From NCBI RefSeq assembly GCF_004103825.1, contig NZ_RYFI01000018.1, forward strand, positions 9,816-41,815: DNA of 32,000 bases, read 5' to 3'. Both the position numbers and the translations under genes were made by a program. Below the pieces are notes generated by a model. The model was not told the DNA's origin. It worked only from the letters and a program-made list of their open reading frames with translations, and ran no database searches. Below are positions 26,274 through 32,000 of this stretch, piece after piece. This DNA is from Hansschlegelia zhihuaiae (GTDB lineage: Bacteria; Pseudomonadota; Alphaproteobacteria; Rhizobiales; Methylopilaceae). Each line of letters opens with the position of its first letter. Position 1 is the stretch's first letter.

Positions 26274-27968
26274 ATGGGCTCAAGGGAGTCGATGGAATAT
26301 GACATTTCCTTAGACTATGACGCTTGTGCGACAGAGCGCGAACGCGGCTGCGTCAAGTCTGGGAGCGACACGATCGAAGCGACGCATGACCATTCGACGG
26401 CGGCCGCCGGGGGCGAGGCCGCCCTTGGCGACAGCGGGTCCGATCACGAGATCGAGCTCAAATTCGTCGTGCCCGAAGGCGTGCTGAAGGGGCTTTCGGC
26501 GCGGCTCGCCGCGCTCGAGGGAGCGGCCAAGCGCGGCCGCGCCGCGCGGCTGGTCTCCGTCTATTTCGACACCGAGGACCATGCGCTTCAGGCCGCCGGC
26601 ATCTCGTTCCGCATCCGCCGGCGCGGCAGGGGCCGCGTCCAGACCATCAAGAAGGACGCCGGCGGCGCCGGGCTCTACGACCGGCTGGAGCTCGAGCGCC
26701 CGGTCCGGAGCGAGGAGCCGAGCCTCACCAATGAGGAGAGCGCCGCGATCGCCGAGATGCTCGGCGGGCCGCTCTATCCCGACCATACGCTCGCGCCCAT
26801 CTTCGTCACGACGGTCAAGCGCACGATCTTCGACGTCGCGCGCGGCGAGGCCGAGATCGAGATCGCGCTCGACGAGGGGATCGTCGAAGCCGCAGGGCGC
26901 AGCGCCTCGTTCCACGAGCTCGAGCTCGAGCTGAAGGCGGGCGACGCCGCGGCGCTGTTCGCGGTCGCGCGCGAGGCCGCCGGCGGAACGCCTTTCAGGC
27001 TCGGCGTGATGACCAAGTCGGCGCGCGGCTATGCGCTGCTCGAGGGCAAGGAGCGGAGCTCCTACAAGGAGCAGGACTCGCCGATCGTGTCCGGCATGGA
27101 CGTCGAGGCTGCGTTCCGCGCAGTCGTGTCGGACTGCCTCGCGCAATACCGCCTCAACGAGGATCTGCTGCTCGACAAGCCGGGCTCGAAGGCGATCCAT
27201 CGGGCGCGGGTCGGGCTCCGGCGGCTGCGCTCGGCCTTCACGCTGTTCAAGGCTGTGATCTCCGACCAGCGCTCGGAGGCGATCGCGGCCGAGGTCAAAT
27301 GGCTCGCCGGCTCGCTCGGCGACGCCCGCGACCTCGACGTCTTTCGCGGGCGGCTGCCGGAGGGCGACGAGATTGGCGCCGAAGGCCTCGCGGCCCGCAC
27401 GGAGGCGCATCGGCAGGACGCCTATCGCGAGGCGCTCGGCGCGATCCGCTCGACCCGCGCGCCGGCGCTGCTACTCGACCTGGTCGAATGGACCACGATC
27501 GGGGACTGGAGATCCAACCCCGAGACCGCCGAGGCGCGCGCCGCGCCGATCGAGCGCCTGGCCGCCGAGATCCTGGACAAGCGGCTGAAGAAGCTCCGGA
27601 AGTCCGGCCACGGCCTGTCGCATCTGTCGCCGGAGGAGCGCCACAAGGCCCGGATCGCCGCCAAGAAGCTGCGCTACGCCTGCGGCTTCTTCGGCGCGCT
27701 CTACGACGAGCGGGCGGCGAAGCGCCGCGACGCCTTCATCGAGCTGATGACCGACCTCCAGGACGAGCTCGGCGCGCTGAACGACATCGCGACCGCGCGC
27801 AAGCTCACCACGGGCCTCGCGCGCGAGGCGGGCGCGGAGCGCGACGGCGACGCGGCGTTCTCGGCCGGCCTGCTCGCGGGCAAGGCCGAGGCCGGCATCG
27901 ACAAGCTGCTGCGCAAGGCCGAAAAGAGCCTCGACCGTCTCTGCGCCGCGAAGCCCTTCTGGCGTTGA
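26274..27968 (+). CDS. CYTH-domain plus CHAD-domain protein (YgiF-like inorganic triphosphatase family), 564 aa; start uncertain.
   Basis: EIELKF (ExExK) CYTH signature, ..FRIRRRG..QTIK.., ..HELELELK... C-terminal helical CHAD repeats follow (IHRARVGLRRLRSAF.., HKARIAAKKLRYACGFF). Confidence 0.85.
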   Translation: MGSRESMEYDISLDYDACATERERGCVKSGSDTIEATHDHSTAAAGGEAALGDSGSDHEIELKFVVPEGVLKGLSARLAALEGAAKRGRAARLVSVYFDTEDHALQAAGISFRIRRRGRGRVQTIKKDAGGAGLYDRLELERPVRSEEPSLTNEESAAIAEMLGGPLYPDHTLAPIFVTTVKRTIFDVARGEAEIEIALDEGIVEAAGRSASFHELELELKAGDAAALFAVAREAAGGTPFRLGVMTKSARGYALLEGKERSSYKEQDSPIVSGMDVEAAFRAVVSDCLAQYRLNEDLLLDKPGSKAIHRARVGLRRLRSAFTLFKAVISDQRSEAIAAEVKWLAGSLGDARDLDVFRGRLPEGDEIGAEGLAARTEAHRQDAYREALGAIRSTRAPALLLDLVEWTTIGDWRSNPETAEARAAPIERLAAEILDKRLKKLRKSGHGLSHLSPEERHKARIAAKKLRYACGFFGALYDERAAKRRDAFIELMTDLQDELGALNDIATARKLTTGLAREAGAERDGDAAFSAGLLAGKAEAGIDKLLRKAEKSLDRLCAAKPFWR

Positions 27969-28029
27969 CGTCAGCTTTGGCGGCCCGGGCGCGCCGCGCT
28001 TGGGTTCGCGTCGGCGCCCGGACCCGACG

Positions 28030-28914
28030 TCAGCGCGACGTCCGCTCGAGCCGGTCGGTGACGAAGTAAAGCGCGTCCGGCGAGCGCGAGGCGACCAGCG
28101 TGACGTCGGTCGAGCGGCGCGCGCCCTCACGCTCGATCTCGACCCTCACCGTGAAGGCGATCGGCTTCTGCTCGAGCGTCAGGAACTCGGCGGCGTCCCC
28201 CAGCGCCTCCTCCAGCCCGTCCTCGGCGTCCTGCGGCGGGCGCGAGCGAAGCGTGGCGATCCGGTCGACCAGCGAGGAGCCGCCCGGCAGCGCGCGCAGC
28301 ACCGCGGGCGAGGCGTCGAAGGCCGAAAGCTTGCCGGTCGGATTGTGCACGGTGACCACCGGGGCGAGCGCGCGAACCGCTTCGGAGGGGACGCCGAGGA
28401 CATATTGCAGGTCGTCGACCTGTTCGAAGGGCGCGTTGGCGGGCTGGAGGGTCGGCCCTGCGGCCTTGTATTCCGCGGCTTCCGCCCCGCCGTTCTTCGA
28501 CAGTTCGCTGTCCTCGTCGCGATAATCGATCACGCGCGCCGCGAAGGTCTCGGGCCGCATGCCGCCCGGCGCGCCAATCGACGACCAGAGGCCCGCGAGC
28601 AGCTCGGGCGAGGCGGCGTTGAGGTCGATCCGGCCGGCCTCGGAGCGCACATACAGCGTGACGACGCCGTCATTCATCCGGACCCGCTGGTTGTTCACGA
28701 GCGCCGCCGGCCGCCGCAGCATGAAGAGTTCATAACCGGCGAGCTCGATCCCGGAGCGGGTGAGCACGTCGGTCGAAAGCTCCTGCCGGACGGAGGCCGC
28801 GCCGATCACCGCGGTGCGCACCAGATAGGAGACCGCCGCGACCAGCCCGGAGAGCACGATCAGCGCGCCGAGCACCGAGACCAGGATGAAGCCCTCGCGG
28901 CCGCGGCGCGTCAC
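28030..28914 (-). CDS. gspK: Type II secretion minor pseudopilin GspK, 294 aa.
   Basis: Prepilin-like N-terminus lacking Glu+5 (G/FILVSVL), as is typical of GspK. Also EAGRIDLNAAS, DYRDEDS, GAEAAEYK and NAPFEQVDDLQYVLG. GTG start overlaps the gspJ stop. Confidence 0.8.
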   Translation of the reverse strand: MTRRGREGFILVSVLGALIVLSGLVAAVSYLVRTAVIGAASVRQELSTDVLTRSGIELAGYELFMLRRPAALVNNQRVRMNDGVVTLYVRSEAGRIDLNAASPELLAGLWSSIGAPGGMRPETFAARVIDYRDEDSELSKNGGAEAAEYKAAGPTLQPANAPFEQVDDLQYVLGVPSEAVRALAPVVTVHNPTGKLSAFDASPAVLRALPGGSSLVDRIATLRSRPPQDAEDGLEEALGDAAEFLTLEQKPIAFTVRVEIEREGARRSTDVTLVASRSPDALYFVTDRLERTSR

Positions 28915-29792
28915 TCCTGCTCTCCCGAGGCGCTGGGCTTCGTCGGTTGGGGCGTCTGGCCGGCTGCGGCCTGCGCCTTCTCGACCCGGCTGCAGAAGCT
29001 CTTCTGCGGCTCGGCGCAGCCGGGCTCGCCGTCGAGCAGCAGGGGCGTCCTGAGCGACCCCAGCAGCAGTCCGGTCGCCGGATCGGTGCGGTCGATGCGG
29101 ACTGCGGCCGGCATCTGCAGCGGGTTGGCCCAGACGTCGACGATCACCTCGCCGCCGTTCGGCTGGCGCTCGACATAGGCGAAGCGCAGCCGCTCGGGCC
29201 CCGGCTCGATCCGCGCCACCGGGCCGAGCCTGACGGCGCCGGGACCGGTGGCGTTCGGCGGCAGCGCGCCCTCGGCGCGCAGCACCGCGCCGCTCGGATC
29301 GATCTGGTAGGCGACCAGGACGGGCGCCCGGAAACCGCTGGCCTGCTCGGGATTGAGCGCGAACAGCACGCGGTCCGGCGAACCCGAGAACACGAAGGGC
29401 CGGTTGCGCTGCGCCTCGCTCTGGCCGGGGCCGCCCTCTCCGCCTTCGGCCTCGTCCTGCCGCGCGCCCTGCGTCGGGCGCCGCCGTCCGTCGGGGTCCT
29501 CGTCGGCGCGTGGGGCGGGCTGCGCCGGCCCCCGGGCCGGGCCGCCCTGCAGCCCGGGCTCGGCCGCCCAGCGCCTGCGGCTCGCCAGCCGGATCTCGCC
29601 CGCGATCGTGGCCAGCGTGCGGCCCGTCACTTCCATGGTCTCGACGCTCGCGGCCGCCCGGTCGGCGGAGCGGCGGAGCAGCCCCATGAGGGAGAGCAGC
29701 GCGACCAGGATCAGCGCGCTGAGCGCGAACGCGCTGAGCGCCTCGATGAGCAGGAAGCCCTCCGACCCGCGACGCCGGGCCTCGCCGCGCAT
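28911..29792 (-). CDS. gspJ: Type II secretion minor pseudopilin GspJ-like, 293 aa, with a long low-complexity insert.
   Basis: Prepilin N-terminus SEG/FLLIEAL and position between gspI and gspK. The body is only weakly recognisable. Confidence 0.65.
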   Translation of the reverse strand: MRGEARRRGSEGFLLIEALSAFALSALILVALLSLMGLLRRSADRAAASVETMEVTGRTLATIAGEIRLASRRRWAAEPGLQGGPARGPAQPAPRADEDPDGRRRPTQGARQDEAEGGEGGPGQSEAQRNRPFVFSGSPDRVLFALNPEQASGFRAPVLVAYQIDPSGAVLRAEGALPPNATGPGAVRLGPVARIEPGPERLRFAYVERQPNGGEVIVDVWANPLQMPAAVRIDRTDPATGLLLGSLRTPLLLDGEPGCAEPQKSFCSRVEKAQAAAGQTPQPTKPSASGEQE

Positions 29793-29795
29793 CGC

Positions 29796-30281
29796 TCAGA
29801 GCTCCTTGGCGAGGTGAATGGTCTCGACGACCAGCGGCCGGCCGCGGCCGTTCGCGACCATGACGGTGACGCGCAGCGTCCGCCAGCGCTGGGACGGCCC
29901 CTCGGACGCGCCGGCGGGTTCGTCACCCGCGTCGCGGGCGCCGGCCTGGCCCGTCGGCGTCGCCTCGCGCGCCGTGGCGCTGTTCGCGGGCGGCGGCGGG
30001 GCGGCCGGCAGCGGAACCACGACCGGCTCGGCCGTCACCCGCCAGGCGATCCCATCGGTCTCGCCATCCCTGACGCCCGGAACAGGCGCGAGCCTGTCGA
30101 GCTCGGTCTCGACGATCGAGCGGGCCACGGCCTCCGCAGCGATCGTCGACCGGGCGCGGTCGAGGCCGAGCCTCGCCGCCACGATGCCGCGCTGCGCGAC
30201 CAGCATGACGGCGGCCAGCACGACCAGCGCCACCATGCTCTCGATCAGGGTGAAGCCGTCCCGGCCGCCCGCGCGCGTCAT
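29796..30281 (-). CDS. gspI: Type II secretion minor pseudopilin GspI-like, 161 aa.
   Basis: Prepilin N-terminus RDG/FTLIESMVAL and gene order. ATG overlaps the gspH stop (ATGA). Confidence 0.7.
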   Translation of the reverse strand: MTRAGGRDGFTLIESMVALVVLAAVMLVAQRGIVAARLGLDRARSTIAAEAVARSIVETELDRLAPVPGVRDGETDGIAWRVTAEPVVVPLPAAPPPPANSATAREATPTGQAGARDAGDEPAGASEGPSQRWRTLRVTVMVANGRGRPLVVETIHLAKEL

Positions 30282-30775
30282 TGCAGGTCGCGCTCCGCGG
30301 CGCGGATCTCGACCGCCGAGGTCAGGCGGTCGACCTTGAGCGTCAGCGTGCGGCCGCCGCCGGCGTCGAGAGTCAGCCGGCCGCCGCTCGAGCGGCCGTC
30401 GGGGAAGAAGCGGAAGCCCGAGAACCGGTCAGCCGAGAGCCGCATCGCGATCCCGTCGGGCAACCCCACGGCCGTGCGGGCGGAGCCGGAGGCGATGCGC
30501 CGGCTCGAGAAATCGACCACGCTCGCGACCTCGCGGTTGACGCGCCGCGCGGCGTCGCGGTCGGCGCGCAGCAGCGCCGCTGTCTCGTAAGCCTTGGCGC
30601 GGAGCGCCGCGCCGCCGTCGATCGGCCGCGCCCGCGGCAGCGCGAGCGCGGCCACCAGCGCGATCAGCGCCATCGCCAGCATGACCTCGATCAGGACGAA
30701 GCCTTCGCGGCCGTTGCGCCGTGCGGGACTCAGCCGCTCTAGGCGGTCAGTCGCTGACGATGTCGGCGGCGTCAC
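30278..30775 (-). CDS. gspH: Type II secretion minor pseudopilin GspH-like, 165 aa.
   Basis: Prepilin motif REG/FVLIEVMLAM. Proposed GTG start at 30775 is preceded by GGAGG with 5-nt spacing and overlaps the gspG 3' end by 29 nt. The ORF-track start at 30898 lies deep inside gspG. Confidence 0.65.
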   Translation of the reverse strand: MTPPTSSATDRLERLSPARRNGREGFVLIEVMLAMALIALVAALALPRARPIDGGAALRAKAYETAALLRADRDAARRVNREVASVVDFSSRRIASGSARTAVGLPDGIAMRLSADRFSGFRFFPDGRSSGGRLTLDAGGGRTLTLKVDRLTSAVEIRAAERDLQ

Positions 30776-31223
30776 TTTCGCCTCCGCGCCGGCCGTCGGA
30801 GCCAAGGGAGGTGATCGCGTAGGCCTTGGTTCGCCCTGGCGTCCGGTATTCGTACTGGTTGCCCCACGGGTCCGCGGGAATCTGGCCCTGCTGGACATAG
30901 GGGCCGGCCCATTTGTCTTGGCCCGGAGGGGCCTTGACCAGCGACTGCAGACCCTCGGTCGTCGAGGGATAGCGGCCCATGTCGAGATAATAGAGGTCGA
31001 GCGCCGCCGAGAACGACTGCAACTGCAGCCGGGCCGCGCGCTCGCGCGAGCTCGACAGGTAGCTGAGCACGCGCGGGCCGACGAGGCCCATCACCAGGCT
31101 CAGGATCACCAGCACGACCAGCAGCTCCACGAGCGTGAAGCCCCCCGTTCTGTCGCGCGGCGCGCGGGCGGGCGGCGCGTCCCTCCGGTCCTCGTGTCTG
31201 TCGTCGGTCTTCGGGTCCGTCAT
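30747..31223 (-). CDS. gspG: Type II secretion major pseudopilin GspG, 158 aa.
   Basis: GG/FTLVELLVVLVIL prepilin motif and DPWGNQYEY signature. ATG at 31223 lies 10 nt after the gspF TAA, with AAGGG upstream. Confidence 0.9.
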   Translation of the reverse strand: MTDPKTDDRHEDRRDAPPARAPRDRTGGFTLVELLVVLVILSLVMGLVGPRVLSYLSSSRERAARLQLQSFSAALDLYYLDMGRYPSTTEGLQSLVKAPPGQDKWAGPYVQQGQIPADPWGNQYEYRTPGRTKAYAITSLGSDGRRGGESDAADIVSD

Positions 31224-31233
31224 GCGCAAGCCC

Positions 31234-32000
31234 TTACACAAGAAGATCGTTGATGCTCGTCAGCGCCGTCATGACAGAGACGATCAGCCAGGCCACCAGA
31301 CAGGCGACCGCGATCATCATCACCGGACCGATGACCGCCACAAGACGCTTGAGGCTCGTTTCGAGCTTGGTCTCGTAAAAGCCGGCGATCCGCGCCGCGC
31401 TGTCGGGGAGCTTGCCGGCCTCCTCGCCGACGCGGAGCATCTGCGTGACATGCGCCGGAAGGAAGGCGCGGCGCGCCAGCGCTTCCGACAATCGCTGGCC
31501 CTGACGCACGTCCGCCATTGCAAGATCGATGGCGGCGGCCGCCGACGGCACCCGGACGATGTCGCGGATGAGGCGGAGCGCGATGGTGATCGGCACGCCG
31601 TTGGTGAGCAGGATCGAGAGCGTCCGGCAGAAGGTGACGGTCAGTTCGTGGGACAGAAGCGTCCGGGTCAGCGGCATGCGCGCAAGCCCACGCACGATCA
31701 GGTTGCCGCCGCGCCCGACCCGGCTCAGCACGAGCAGCAGCAGCAGGACGCCCGCGACCGACAGCACGATGACGTTGATGTTGTCGCGGAACCAGCGCGA
31801 GAGGTCGAACACGAAGGTGGTGGAGGGCGAGAGCTTCGACCGGAAGCCCTGCAGCGCGCCCTCGAATTGCGGGATCACGAACAGCAGCACGAAGGACATA
31901 ACGCCAATGGCCGCGACCGCGAGGAAGCCCGGATAGGCGATCGCCGAGGTGAAGGACTTGCGCAGCCGCTCGTTGCGCTGGCGCTCCTGGGCGATGTCGG
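31234..32000 (-). CDS. gspF: Type II secretion inner-membrane platform protein GspF; C-terminal part only, the gene continues past the window edge.
   Basis: The reading frame stays open upstream of the ORF-track Met (..DIAQERQRNERLRKSFTSAIAYPGFLAVAAIGVMSFVLLFVIPQF..), typical of the second GspF repeat. TAA stop at 31234-31236. Confidence 0.85.
   Translation of the reverse strand, partial: DIAQERQRNERLRKSFTSAIAYPGFLAVAAIGVMSFVLLFVIPQFEGALQGFRSKLSPSTTFVFDLSRWFRDNINVIVLSVAGVLLLLLVLSRVGRGGNLIVRGLARMPLTRTLLSHELTVTFCRTLSILLTNGVPITIALRLIRDIVRVPSAAAAIDLAMADVRQGQRLSEALARRAFLPAHVTQMLRVGEEAGKLPDSAARIAGFYETKLETSLKRLVAVIGPVMMIAVACLVAWLIVSVMTALTSINDLLV

Overview
High-GC alphaproteobacterial-type chromosomal window in four blocks. 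(1) 1-5657 is the right end of a phage-derived integrated element. On the minus strand it carries an HK97-type prohead protease and major capsid gene, then a three-gene cassette of unknown function, then a small DNA-binding-like gene. Next comes about 1.2 kb of non-coding DNA holding a 9-mer iteron array around a very AT-rich block. The element ends at a 45-nt 3' fragment of tRNA-Arg(ACG), which looks like an attR. (2) 5855-21703 is a complete, tightly coupled hopanoid supercluster: hpnL-K-J-I (minus), hpnA-C-D-E-shc-hpnG (plus), hpnH-ispH-hpnN (minus). A decayed 5' fragment of dxs is start/stop-coupled to hpnN. (3) 22256-27968 holds a GAF-GGDEF-EAL c-di-GMP protein, a membrane-anchored LytTR regulator, a MipA/OmpV outer-membrane protein and a CYTH-CHAD triphosphatase-like protein. 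(4) 28030-32000 is a type II secretion operon, gspF (partial)-G-H-I-J-K, on the minus strand. The best candidate for something new is the phage cassette at 899-2272. Its 210-aa product reads, by eye, like a proteasome-beta/HslV-fold Ntn hydrolase with a Ser nucleophile, and it is translationally coupled to a 56-aa hydrophobic protein. All functional calls come from reading the supplied translations and the DNA; no database search was run.
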